From: Ylistrum balloti
Lineage: Eukaryota
Length of the DNA: 64,000 bases
Assembly: GCF_031769215.1 (NCBI RefSeq)
Contig: NW_026781965.1
Location: 2,294,001-2,358,000, forward strand
Direction of reading: 5' to 3'
The stretch's first letter is position 1, and the number at the start of each line of letters is the position of its first letter. The translations under genes were made by a program, and so were the position numbers. Shown in pieces: positions 26,601 through 41,200 of this stretch. The notes under the pieces are model-generated. The model did not search any database, was not told where the DNA came from, and saw only the letters and a list, made by a program, of their open reading frames with translations.

Positions 26601-29600
26601 ACTGATAGGAGACCCACACTAATTAAAGTATTTACTGATAGGAGACCCACACTAAAATATAGTATTTACTGATAGGAGACCTACACCAAAATATAGTATT
26701 TACTGATAGGAGACCCACACTAAAATATAGTATTTACTGATAGGAGACCTACACCAAAATATAGTATTTACTGATAGGAGACCCACACCAAAATATAGTA
26801 TTAACTGATAGGAGACCCACACTAAAATAAAGTATTTACTGATAGGAGACCCACACTAAAATATAGTATTTACTGATAGGAGACCCACACCAAAATATAG
26901 TATTTACTGATAGGAGACCCACACTAAAATATAGTATTTACAATAATACCCACACTAAAATATATTTACTGATAGGAGACCCACACTAAATATAGTATTT
27001 ACTGATAGGAGACCCACACTAATTAAAGTATTTACTGATAGGAGACCCACACTAAAATATAGTATTTACTGATAGGAGACCCACACCAAAATATAGTATT
27101 TACTGATAGGAGACCCACACTAAAATATAGTATTTACTGATAGGAGACCCACACTAAAATATAGTATTTACTGATAGGAGACCCACACTTAAATATAGTA
27201 TTTACTGATAGGAGTCCCACACTAAAATATAGTATTTACTGATAGGAGACCCACACCAAAATATAGGAGACCCACACTAAAATATAGTATTTACTGACCC
27301 ACACCAAAATATAGTATTTAGATAGGAGACCCACACCAAAATATAGTATTTACTGATAGGAGACCCACACTAAAATATAGTATTTACTGATAGGAGACCT
27401 ACACCAAAATATAGTATTTACTGATAGGAGACCCACACTAAATATAGTATTTACTGATAGGAGACCACACTAGGAGACCCACATATAGTATTTACTGATA
27501 GGAGACCCACACTAAAATATAGTATTTACTGATAGGAGACCCACACTAAAATATAGTATTTACTTAGGAGACCCACACTAAAATATAGTATTTACTGATA
27601 GGAGACCCACACTAAAATATAGTATTTACTGATAGGAGACCCACACTAAAATATAGTATTTACTGATAGGAGACCCACACTAAAATATAGTATTTACTGA
27701 TAGGAGACCCACACCAAAATATAGTATTTACTGATAGGAGACCCACACTAAAATATAGTATTTACTGACAGAAGACCTACATTAAGATGAAGTGTTCACT
27801 GACAGAAGACCTACACTAAGATGAAGTGTCCACTGACAGAAGACCTACACTAAGATGAAGTAGAAGACCTACCACACTAAAGATATATGAAGTGTTACTG
27901 ACAGAAGACCTACATTAAGATGAAGTGTTCACTGACAGAAGACCTACACTAAGATGAAGTGTTCACTGACAGAAGACCTACAATAAGATGAAGTGTTCAC
28001 TGACAGAAGACCTACACTAAGATGAAGTGTTCACTGACAGAAGACCTACACTAAGATGAAGTGTTCACTGACAGAAGACCTACAATAAGATGAAGTGTTC
28101 ACTGACTGAAGACCTACACTAAGATGAAGTGTCCACTGACTGAAGACCTACACTAAGATGAAGTGTCCACTGACAGAAGACCTACACTAAGATGAAGTGT
28201 TTACTGACAGAAGACCTACACTAAGATGAAGTGTCCACTGACTGAAGACCTACACTAAGATGAAGTGTCCACTGACTGAAGACCTACACTAAGATGAAGT
28301 GTCCACTGACTGAAGATCTACAATAAGATGAAGTGTTCACTGACAAAAGACCTAACTAAGATGAAGTGTTCACTGACAGAATACCTACACTAAGATGAAG
28401 TGTTCACTGACAGAAGACCTACACTAAGATGAAGTATTCACTGACTGAAGACCTTAATCAAGGTTACGTCATCGTAGACCAAAACCGAATATTACATTTA
28501 TAATTACATTTACATTAATTACAGTTACTATAACTGAACATATACTATTCTGTTAAAACATGAAAGTAAATGAATATACGTCTGAACGCGAAATGCTTTG
28601 ACATAAATGCTAAATTTGACGTCATAACTTGAATGTTTAATTGTATAACATTTGTTGACAGGAACTTCGTTGACGTACTACTGGTCTATAGAGAGTGATG
28701 GAGTGGTCGCGCAGGTCAACACTACAAATGATAACGCCGACTATTTCACATTTGTCAGGGGGACTTTTTCAGTGTCTGTCATAATAGAGAATATAAGAAG
28801 TCGGAAGGAAAACGCGACAACCGTTATAGCACAAGAACAGATCCAGCACCTCGCGCTCACACAGACCAGTTGTGTCGTGGACGAGCTGTGCTGTATCAAA
28901 CTTTCTATGTCACAGGGTTCGGATTACACTTGTCAATGGACAGTACAAGGTGAGTTTATGCAGGCATCTGAACGGAAGTCACTGTTCCATACGGAACAGA
29001 CAACTTATGATAATATACCACCAAACGCCTGCTACAACTACATGTTCGAATTTGAGGACCTAAACCAATACACAGTTTCGGTGAGCTGTACCAACGGTCT
29101 TGGCTCGGAGAGCAGTTTCACAAAAATTATTGCTAGAGAACGAATACAGAATGTCAATTTCGAACAAACGGGAGCACTTGTTGGTCAGTCCTTTTACTTA
29201 GCATTCACATGGGGAAGTGGTAGTACCGATCTAACCTACTCCCTTACTTTCAACAATACACAACCGTCCCTTGTAAAGGACTCCTTTGCGAACAGAGTAA
29301 GGACTGTGGTGACGTATCCTGGAGAGACTGACACTTCTAAGGTATACCCTGTTGTTCTAGTAATGACTAACGATGTATCTCAACTCACGATTAACTTCAA
29401 TTTTGGAATAGAAACCCAGATTATAAATCCGTCCGTTACTCCCGACTTTACACTTAATCAAGATGGGGTTGTTGTTAAGTCTAAAGGTGAATCTGTTAGT
29501 TTTTCTGTCACGATGGATTCTGGCACTAACCCTAACGTTCACATCGACTTCGGTGATTCATCAGCTAATGTAACTATGCCTACTACTTCGACCTGGTCAG

Positions 29601-32186
29601 GAACTCCATTTGTTGGCAGTCATACCTACACTACTTTGGGTGATTTCACTGTGACAGTACGTGTGTACAATACATACAACATGTTTGTATTCACATATAG
29701 AGTGCTCGTTGTGAAGAGAGTGGAAAACTTGGCAGTTAATGTGAATGCTCCACAGATTTTATTTAATCCTGCGGTGTTTGCGGAATTCACATTCATACAG
29801 ACCGTGATAGAGGACGCACCGAATATGGGAACTGTGGTGATGGATGACGGTAGTGGATACCCAGCAGTGGAGGCAACGTTTGCTGTCAATACACCAATAT
29901 CCTTTCCGTTCTATAGGAATGGAGATTTTGTTGTGACATTTAACATTACGAACCCACAGAACTCTCTCATTTTGACTAAGAGTGTACAGGTGGTAGAGAT
30001 AATTGGCACCATTACGATAACACCTCAAGGTTATCCTCATGCTCCTATTGGGGAATTAATCAGCGTCGATGTCACACTCGCACGTGGAGACTCTGGGATT
30101 GACCTTCAGCTTTCATTCGATCCTGGGAACGGTGACGCGCCAACAACCAAAAACAGAGCAGGTAAGACTTCTTACCAAACCAGTTACAGGGGAGGTAATT
30201 CTCATAGCCTGTATCATTAATAGGTTTATTATGTGTTGCACATTGGTTAGGGTACCCAAAGCGGTGAACAGGTACGGTTACACTATTCATCACAGGTATG
30301 ACAAAAATAAAATCCATAGCATGGAAGTTAAAATGCAGTAAATAATAAGGATAAAAACGGGAAGGCTTCAACATTTTTAACAACACTGATTTTACCTATT
30401 ATAATTGCTGAATGTGTTTCAGTATATACTGCTAATAAACACGTTGAAATATTGTAAAGCTTTATGTATAAACACATATATACCAGGAATATCAGAATGT
30501 GCTTCCAATGTTTTAAGGTATCAGCCCTAAAGGCAAGGACACATTCACAGCCACCTATACAGCAGTAGGTAATTACACAATCACAGTGCAAGCGACAAGC
30601 CGGATGGAAACAAAGACACAAACCTACGAGATAGTTTGCCAGACCAAGGTCACCGATAACTTTGTTCTCGTCACTGCTCACCCTCAGGAGTTTCCAACTA
30701 GTAAGTCATTCCACATATGACCATGCGAGTACCATGTAATTAAGGGAGAAATATTTTCTTACTTGGCGTCACCTACAAGGTGCCATATTATATATACTGT
30801 ATAACAAAGTGACATATTAGATATACTGTATGACAAAGTGACATATTAGATATACTGTATAACAAAGTGCCATATTAGATATATTGTATAACAAAGTGCC
30901 ATATTAGATATATTGTATAACTGTATAAAAAAAGTGCCATATTAGATATACTGTATAACAAAGTGCCATATTAGATATACTTTATAAGAAAGTGTTGATA
31001 AACTTATTAGTAGTATACTCTTTTGACTTTTAGATATGTGTACTTTACCACATGTAAATAGATAAAAGGTGATCTGGAAAATGTATTGAGTGATAGTCAT
31101 CAAAAACCGCCAGTGTGGTTATTACTGTTTTTAAGATAAGGTTTCTCTTCATTATGAAAGGCTTCGTGCAATAAGATATTCTCCGGAAACGCATTGCAGG
31201 ACAGCTTTTCCACCCAAAACACCATATTTTTAAGTCTCGTGACGTTCACTCTGTTTGTGATGGTATTTAGTGTTAAATGTTTTGAATGAATCAATCAATC
31301 GATTTTACTCTCTTTTACAACACAATGCACAGATAATCAATTTGGCAATTCAATATACAATTATGAAGGACAAATGCATTAATAACTTATTCTAACAAAA
31401 GTACATTATTTCTTTAAACTTTCAATATTTCAAAGAATTTTGTTTCGTTATGTTTTTTCCAAAATATCTGTCTATATATGACGTTCTGATAATCAAGGCC
31501 ATTTAAGCAGGTAATGAAATTCGTCACCCATTTATTGTGTGTTACAATGTGGACTTCATACTTAATATCACAACATCTACCAGTTTCAGCGATGAATGTG
31601 TGATTGAGCAGTTCATAATCTGAAGAAAGGGACAGAAAAGTCTAACATAATTTCAGCCTAAGCTGACTTGTGTTGTAGGTATAGTGCTGCAGTTCCAGTA
31701 TAATGATGACGCACCAACTGATGCGGTATACACGATTGACAATGGAGACGGTACCACGGTCGGTCCAGCCGCTCTCAGTAGCTTGGTGGTACATAAAGGC
31801 ATTCCTGTGGATATTACTACAACGTACACGTTTGATGGCGATTTCTATACAACGATCACCGTTTCCAATCTTGTTTCCAGTTTTTCCCGCACAATCAATG
31901 TACGCAGTTTTCTCTTCACTTACTTTTGTCTATGATAAATTAACTTACTAAATTCAGAACTCAACACCCCTTCAATGTTTAAACCTATTTCATGGATGGT
32001 TTCATATGGTGTCAACTTTGCTCGAAAAAAAGGTACGACAAATACTAGACAGCCTTGCTGAATCCCACTGGGAATGATCGTAAATCTGCTGCTGACAGAA
32101 CAGTTATGTAAGATTTTTTAACATTGATTCTGTAGACAGGACTTGAATTCCATAAGTTTCATTAGCACACCTCTTATGAAGCCAGT

Positions 32187-32251
<65 letters not shown>

Positions 32252-35200
32252 CTTCCACACATCTAGATTTTATAATTGTTTCAATATTAAACGAACAAAC
32301 AATCGTTTGCAGAGAAACCTTGATTAGAGAAAAACTATTGTTTAACGTTTAATTGTCGAAGAATGATATTTTTGTATATAACTATGTACTAACAAATATA
32401 TCAGATTTCTTGAATGTTATCAGAGCGGGGTGTATTTACCCTTCCAAGGCCTAGCTGTACAAACAAGGTATAAGCCTGTTGTTGGAAATGACGCGGAAGG
32501 ATTCGGGGTATCAAAGAACACGTTCCCTGCTGGAGCAGTCAAGTTTTATATGAGTAGCACCCAAGGTAGGGCCTTAATAACATCCCTAAACACCAAGTAA
32601 TTAATACAAGTGATATTATACACTTTACGATATCAGTAAAAGTTTGTTTAAGGGACAATTTAGTCAAGTTTTATAAATATTTTTTCACGTCAAAAAAATC
32701 TCTCATGGAGTTGTACTAGTATTGAACTATGCATGTCCGCTTCCAAACGGGAGCGAGTAAATGAGTTACAGGGTCTCACACCAAACAGAGTACAGACTGT
32801 AAATGTATGTGAAAAATACTAATCGCTGTTGGGCCAAAAATATTGAGAAATGAAACTACTGTATGCAACGTATTTAGGTCAATCATAACCCACAGAAAGA
32901 CTTATATTACCATGCCATCGCTCTGTTCCGCCATCATTTGGATATGTTTACATACAACTTGGTTCCCGCCAGAGGGAGCGTCATTTCGCTCTATATGACG
33001 GTTCTTGATATATTTAGCATGGGCTTTCCCAAAATTTGAACAGATCAGATTATGCAGTGACTACGTAGCAAATAACTTTTATACACTAATTTTTTTCATC
33101 TGGATATGTATAATTTCGTTTCTACTTGAATTTAAAAAAAAACGATGATTGATTGAATTGTTCCTTTACACCTTCCCATATTGCAGCGTTCACTTTTCAG
33201 ACAAAACATGCAGTAAATGGTCAATTGTTTTGTCCATTGTTGGGTTTACTTTGTTAAATGTGGCATCAATTAAACAAATATTTTTACTTTAATTGTTCCA
33301 ATGAGTTCTGTTTAATGGAAGCTGTTACTTAGAACTTACTGTAGCAAATTTAGCACCGTGATCTGTATGTTCCTGTAAGTCACTGTTCTTTAAAGGAATC
33401 ACTCCGGTCTTTAGCATACAAACACCATAAAAGTGAAAAATGACATCGGTTTGCCTTTTCCAGGAACGTTCGTATATTACGATGTCAGAAAGACATCCAG
33501 TGGTACCATTCAAGTCTGCAATATAACAACCAAAGACGTGTTTGAACTCAATTTCACAGTAAGTAGTAACTTAGTCCATTAATCTATTTTATGTCAAACA
33601 TGTATAACTGCTGATAGAAGTGATTGCATTCTCTCTTAAATAAATCCATTAAAGAAAACACATTAAAAGACTGTATTCTGGATTACTAGCTTCAAGCTGA
33701 GTAACTGTTTAATCGTGTTAACACAAACAACAAGCCTTTGTGTTTACTTGTTTGTATTTATACGAAGGGAGGTAAAACGTTTGATATAGTGTCAAATTTC
33801 AGCAATTTTACCTCAACGAGAAATTTCAAAATTGAGAACGACCTGGATTAACATTTCCATTGGTGAAAAGAAAAAGCAAATTAATTGCCATCTTTACATT
33901 CCTAGAAAGTTAGTTAAGAGTGTAGTCAGTGTAGACTGGTCATTACTTCTGACCTCAACCTCTTTTAACGTACCGAATCAAGGACACGACAGTCTCCTCT
34001 ACATCAGCCGCTTATCTCGATCTTTTCCTGCAACCTACATGGATAGCTTTCTTCAGCTTTCTGCCAAGCTGTTTGATAATCATTTTGGTCTCAATTTCCT
34101 TATTTTGAATTTTCCATTTTTGCATAGCAACAAATGATGCATGATAATGAAAATTATGGAACATCTGAACATTCACTTTGTACGCTTCAGGAGTGGCCGT
34201 GTAAACCTTTCTTTTGTCTATATAATTGCCCTAGTTTTATTGAATTTGAGTTTGGATTATGATAATGTTGACATGTTGATATTTTTGTTTTATTTATTTA
34301 TTTTTCTATAGCAGTAAGAAACTAACCATACATCTAAGTATGATAATCTCGTACATACCAAGTAATAAATTAGCATTATATTAATTATCTGCTGTATGTC
34401 TGTATCAACGCTTCACAAAACATGTACTTCCATTTGTTTCAGAGTGGGACATACAACATTGATATCACAGCAATGAACTACATACCATCTCACCAGCAAA
34501 CAGTTTCTACTACAGTCATTATTCAAGAAGCCGTGGAAATTGCCAGCGTTTCTCATGATGGAGAAACGACGGCTGTAGGTAGTGTTAAGACAATGGACAT
34601 CAACTTTAATGATGTAGGAGATCTTACATGTGTACACATTGATCTGGATGACGGCAATTTTACTATACTTGGCCATTCCTCTACTTGTTCTACAAGGTAT
34701 AACGCCTCTATGTTGTCAAGCTACCACCAAAGTACGCCATTAACATCAGTAACTACAATAACCCACACCTACCATCATGCCAGTCTTTTCACGGTAACGG
34801 TAACTGCTTTTAATGACGTTTCCGAGTCTTTGGGCACATTAGTGCATGTCGTGGCTGCCACTATGTGTTCACTCCCACAGCTAAGTATCAAATCACCAGG
34901 ACTCTCTTCTGATATCCATGCACCTGTTAAATTTAGAAGGAGCGAAATCATTGCCTTGCTAGGAGAAACGATAATAAATTGTTCTGAAACATTAAATAAC
35001 CAGAAAGAATGGTTGATCGTTGCGGTTGATGACTATGGAAATACACAGAGAACAATTGATGTTACAAGTATACTTTCCTATAATACATCTGAATTGGTAC
35101 TGACGAAGAACTTTCTAGATTTGGGTGATTATAAAGTCAGTTACAAGCTTACCATGTTGCCAGAGTCTAGCACTGTGCCTTTTGTTACGTCTGTCCATAC

Positions 35201-38200
35201 GTATATTCGAGTGGAGGCTTCACCGTTGGTGGCCGTGCTGTTCCCCGGCGGAATGTCTAGGATGCAAGCACAGTATGGGCGGATCCTAACTCTTGACCCT
35301 GGCACTCTTTCCTTTGACCCAGATGTACCTTCCGGACAACCATCGGTAATGATAAGTGCAACTTGAATGACAGAAACATGAAAACCATTTGGTTACGATT
35401 GTATGGTGGAATTATTCCATTTGTAAAATTGATGTTCTTCTAGAATGATTGACATCCTTAAAATGTGTCAGATCTATTTCTTTTTTTAGAAGAAATTTCA
35501 TTATGGAACGAATGTCTCTTTTTTGTATGAAATGACAATTGATATTCAAACAGAAATCAACTGCGTAACCGACACAATCTCATTGGTCATAGTATTTCTA
35601 GCTACAAGTGGATTGCATACAAATTGTACTCTTTATATGATACAATTGTATAAGTGAATTGTATTTTGAGAAGAAAACCATCTAGTTGACTTATATGTGT
35701 CAAAAATGCAGTGCTTTCGATTGGAGTTATCCTATATGAATCATTATATCGCACTGGCTACAACAATACTATGACCTCCTATATATATTGTTTATATTGC
35801 AGGAATTCTCTAGCTGCAACTGGTGGTGTAGAAAGTTGCCTGGCAGTTTCGATGAGGGATTTGAGTCGTTTCCATTGTCTAGTGCACAAGTGGCGACAGC
35901 GACAGACAATGGTGGTTGTTTCCGACAGGGCAATGGTAGGATTGCTACTAATGCTTTGCAGTTGGAGTTTAACACCGATAACATGCATGTTGGAGATGTT
36001 TACGAGTTTAAGATCATTGTGTACAAGGATGATGGGCGTCAGGCTGAAGCTCGGGGAGAGTTAGAAGTGACCGATTTCTTACCGCCAGTAATTGTACCCA
36101 GGTTAGTTCGATATGATAGATATTCGGTATGTTTTAACGTTATATTCAGAACTTCTGGACACCACGTCCCTGCGTCCCCAACCTATGGTGGTAACATGTC
36201 GCAGTTGATTCGATATTCAAGGGCCTCCGTGTAAATCTTATTTTATTGAATTTCAGTTTGGTTTATATTTATCTTATCATTTTGGTATTCTTGTGTTTGG
36301 TGTTGTTTTTTCTAAACCTGTTGCAAAGTACATACTTCGATTTAATAGTTAATAATTAATTACGTTTTAACGTTCTGCTTCTTATCATATTTACACCAAT
36401 GTAACACAATCTTGCCTGTGACAGAGTACATAATAATGTCTGTAATACGTCTAATACTCTATCTATGGTTACTGCATATAGATGTTGTGCTGCTTCCGAG
36501 TGTACACAGTTACCTGGCGGTGTCGAAGTTTCGGCTACAACGAAGTTGTCACTGTGCGCGGACTGTCAGGCCAACTGCCAACTCGTATCCTCATATAAAT
36601 GGACACTGTCACAGGAGCAGTTCCAGTGGGGCTGGGAGCCGATCCCGTATAGCTTGATTGCGCAGTACATCAACGGTAATTACTTATCTATTCATTGATT
36701 TATCATTTATTTTTTATTTATCTAAATTTAACACGACAGTAGCATGTATAACCAATACAATTTGACCACTTTAAACGTCTTCCTTTCACTAAATGCTCAC
36801 AGGTCGTCGATGAGTGACATGCACGAGCGGTATCTGGATTATTTGCACACTCACTTCTGATAAAGTTTGATTAAAATATGTCACATCTTTATCAAATAAA
36901 GTAGAGAATACCTTGATGGATAACATTTACATATATTAGGTAACTTAATACAATTAATGTTTCCTGTAGAAATCTTGGTTCTTACATACTAATTTAGATC
37001 TAAGACAATGCCGACCGTTCGAAATGTCGAGGAGAGCTACTTTTGAACCCACACATGTAAAATGCGATTCGTGAAAAAATGTTTCGAACATTATTCCCAT
37101 GTATTTACGGATGTTGATAAAGTAGTTGTTTGAATAAATAATCACACGATGAGTCCTAGAATCTGGAAGGACGAAACAGATATATGATGCTGTTTAATTT
37201 GTTATTGGTTCCACTGTATTTAATTCTAAATTTGTATTGAAATATGTTAACTTGACTTGTGTGTCGTTTTTACAGTCTTCATAATGTTATATTTGTTATC
37301 ATTTTCACAGTTATAGTACTACCTTCATACCCCATGGGAAAATACCACAAGCAAACGCAGAGTATGCGTATATTGAGTTGCAATATGTATTCATGTAGAA
37401 GTGAGGGGGGATTTGTCCCATGTTGATACATAGAATATAATTACACAAAACTGTGTGTTTTTTAAATAAATAAATAATGTGGCATAGGATGGTATCTTAC
37501 AAACGAGTGATATCCGTAGTGTGACTTGATAACATTTGATGGGTCAATTTCTAGAATTGCAATACAAGCTATGGCTAGGTGATTCTTGTTTCGCCGACGA
37601 AGCGATAAGAGTGATTCTGCTGAGTGCTCTGTCAACATCTCTTGTCATTTAGGATGGCTTTCCAATTTTCCAATTTATAAGAGGCGGTCGCAAATTTTGA
37701 GTTTTTTTTTTCTTAGACTGCGATATATTAGTGGTAGTGCAGCACTGATGCTGCCTTTATAACACTACTACACTAAAGTATACAACCGGAGGGTGCCCTA
37801 TAGCCAGCCAAATATGAGGTAGCTACATCGGAGGCTTTAGAGAAAGTTTGTATTTAATGAGCATTTCGAATACTAAATTTAGAAGCATCTTCCGATTCAT
37901 GAAATAGAGACTGCAATCAAGATTCTCAGGCCCTATCAGCGGGACAAAGAGGAGTTGTCATCATCATCGCCTATACTGAAACTTATCTCCAGTATAGCGT
38001 CATGTTCAGGCTGATCAATGGGTCAGAAACAGTGTGCCCAGGCCATGAAATGACGGAAGGCCAAATGATATTGGCTTCTATCTGTAATTAATCACCTGCA
38101 ATTAAATCCAGTATTTATCTATCTGACTAGTGTTATAACATGTTTTATGCGTTTTTTGCCCTGGCAAGTGTTTCAGTGATACAGATGGATTGTAGATATA

Positions 38201-41200
38201 TGTACAACAAATAATTGTCACGTAAACATGAATTGGTTTTGTAATCAAGAATAGAGAAAACAGTGTAATCTTGCGTAATCTTGGAAGTATAATATGTATG
38301 TGTCAAGAACATATATTCCGCACTCACTGTTGCATTTATAACCAATCAATGTCCTACTTTATCCTAGCTAAGGGTGTATCACATTTTCAGACAAATTTAA
38401 AATTAAAACCTTAAATTCCTTGTATTGTTAATTTCGCTCAGATTTTCGTAGCCCTCACTTCGTAGATATATCTAGCGTTCATCGGTCGCTGTGCGATTCC
38501 ATGACTTTATGAAATATATAATTAAATCCCTTATGAAGAAGTAAAACTATTGTTATTGATTGTTCTTATTTTATCTTACTAGATGTGATTGTTTCTGATC
38601 TATGTTTGGATATATATAACCTTATTTATGCCTCCGACATTGTCCTGTCTTGAACAGTTTCATTTCAATGTTTTTCTTCACATTGTCACATATATTTAAT
38701 CATGCATACATATTTATTACGCACCGTTTTCTTTACGTTTCATGCACAGGAGATTTACCATGGATTTTAACAATGTTGATCATGGCACTATTTTTAATAT
38801 TAATGTTGTTTTGTTTGTTCCAATTTTTTACTGCGCATGCGTGCGGTAATCTGGCGTCATGCGTTTCGCATTTTACAGGACTTCTTGGTAAGAAAGCAAA
38901 CAAATAGTTCCCCAAATCGCCCCAGTTAATCATTGTTTCTTATTGCAAGACACTATGTTCAAGTTCTGAGAGAGAAAAAAAGCAAGAAAAACGTCATCAG
39001 TTTTTCACGCGCTTTTCTAAAAATAAATTACCTAAATTAAATAATGATGCGGGGTTTTGATGTATAATTGCAAGATACGTGATTAATAATGGACATAGTG
39101 TCTTTGTAATAAGATTATATGAAGCCTGCTGTAACCACCAAGTAGCTGCGCATCACCGAACTCTTTGTTGTATATAGGACCAATTATAGCTGAACGCTCT
39201 ACTTCGATACAGACTGCTCTCGTATTAGCTGACGATGTTTAGTCTCCTGCCTTTCTATCTCTACATGTGTAGTTGATACTTTCTCGTGTAGATTATCAGT
39301 AGTTCACAAACAAAACTACATTGTAGGCACAACTTATCAAAGAAAACATCATTTTATATTTCAGGAAACAAATAGATATGTCAAGCAGTATGTAAACAAT
39401 TGTTGTATATTACTTGTATGCTAGAACATAACCTGCAGTCTATCGAACTAGCTTAACTGTTTATTAGACAAACCATATCTTTCCTTTCAAATAATTTTCT
39501 GGACAAGTGACAAATTTCTTGATGTTCTGTACCTTTCATAATATCCGTTCTAACGACATCCTAAAGCATTGTCAGCATCAAAATCCCTTTTCTTTGACAT
39601 TTAGCAATAAAAAAATGGATATCGACCGCCAGTCCAATAGAAGACGGCCATTATTTATCATATCAATCACATTTGATTCTGTGAAAAAAGGCAAGAAAAC
39701 AAAAAAAAACAAAAACAAAAAAACAATAGCAAACCACGAAAAAAAGCAAGTTGGCCGATCAAAGCAGCAACGACACTCTATGTGAACTGGTAAAAAAACG
39801 TGTCCTCCATATATGCAGTAACGTCGCCATACGTTTTGGCAGTGCTTTGCGCCAGTGCAAACATGTTTTGACGCAATCAGAACTCTTTGTAAACTTTGAA
39901 GAATTTCTTCAAGCTAAATATCGTTACTTGGTTTTTGTGTTGGATTATAGTGTATGATTTCCGTAAGAATAGATAATTTGTTTGTACATCTTTTATAAAT
40001 CAATATTTAACGAATACCGTTTCCGGTGTATCCCTTGAAAAAATCATTTATATGAGCCCCAAATGCTGCTTATTTTGTTAGCTGAGTTCGGTCAAAAACC
40101 TCTCATTCCGATAGTAGACGAAATTTTCTTAATATGATAACATCTAAAAACGGTGTATATCTCTCTTTTTCACGGTGAAACTCAGTGGTGATAGATAAAC
40201 ATGTTTGCCCTTATCTTGAAAGACAGTTATCCGGTACTACGGTCTTCTTTAAGATCCATGATACTGTTTAATCATATCCTGTAAGATTTTGAGGTAGTAG
40301 TTTATAATTGTTTGTTATTGAACAAGAAGTCTATTCTTCCAACACTCGGATATACAATAAAGGAATCCCACATTTTAATTACATTCCATAAAGTTAACTA
40401 CAGTACGACTGTTTTGTTACTTTTATTCTTACAATAAATATAGCCATAAAGGTTCCACTACAAACAGTTAACATATTTTAGCTTCACATTCATGATCAAA
40501 ATTAAACACTGACAAATTCGATACTTCGAAATGTCTATGAAATTTGCGGCAATTAGATAATGCGTTTAATACATCCGCTAATGTGTAGGCTTGGCAATTA
40601 TTCTTATTCTTTAACTGCATATCCCTCTGTCTGTTTGCCATACCTCTCTTATCTCTCGAATTTATCCATGTATATTGATGAAATCTCGTTGTGTTTTGGA
40701 CGACATCAAGATAATTATTTTCCGTGTAAACTGCTTTACCCTGAGATTTCTTCTCTCAGTTTCGACTTATCGTTTTTAAAAACTTCGCAGTCTTTATCAT
40801 CCCAACATGTAGCAATGTTCCCGCTGCCAGTTTGACTCGACCAGGTTTTGGTAGAGTTATTGCTCTTTGTTGTTATTAGTTTTTCTGTCTTCGCCGGAGA
40901 TTCTCTTCAATGGCAAGTAAACGTAGGATTGCTGATTTAGTTAACGTTTGTTTGGTAGAAAGATGGAAATGGTAAAAACTGGGTCCATGAATGCTGTAAA
41001 TTGGCATTGTTCATAATGATCGTAAATTATCATTACTATTCGCTCCCTTCTTAGTATTATTGTTGTTAAGAACTTATGGGGACAAGGGAAAATACCCAGT
41101 TAATTATGACGGTTGCTGTTGCCCGCTATTATCTTGTTATATCATATATTTACCTTCTGTGTTGATATTACTTTTTCTCGTTACAGACATAACAAAATAG

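Noticed and set aside
37480-38100. Coding-looking tract in intron 15
   Set aside because: Open stretches are about 60 codons or less in several frames, with no phase-compatible splice sites needed (exons 15 and 16 join directly) and only a faint resemblance to PLE linker motifs.
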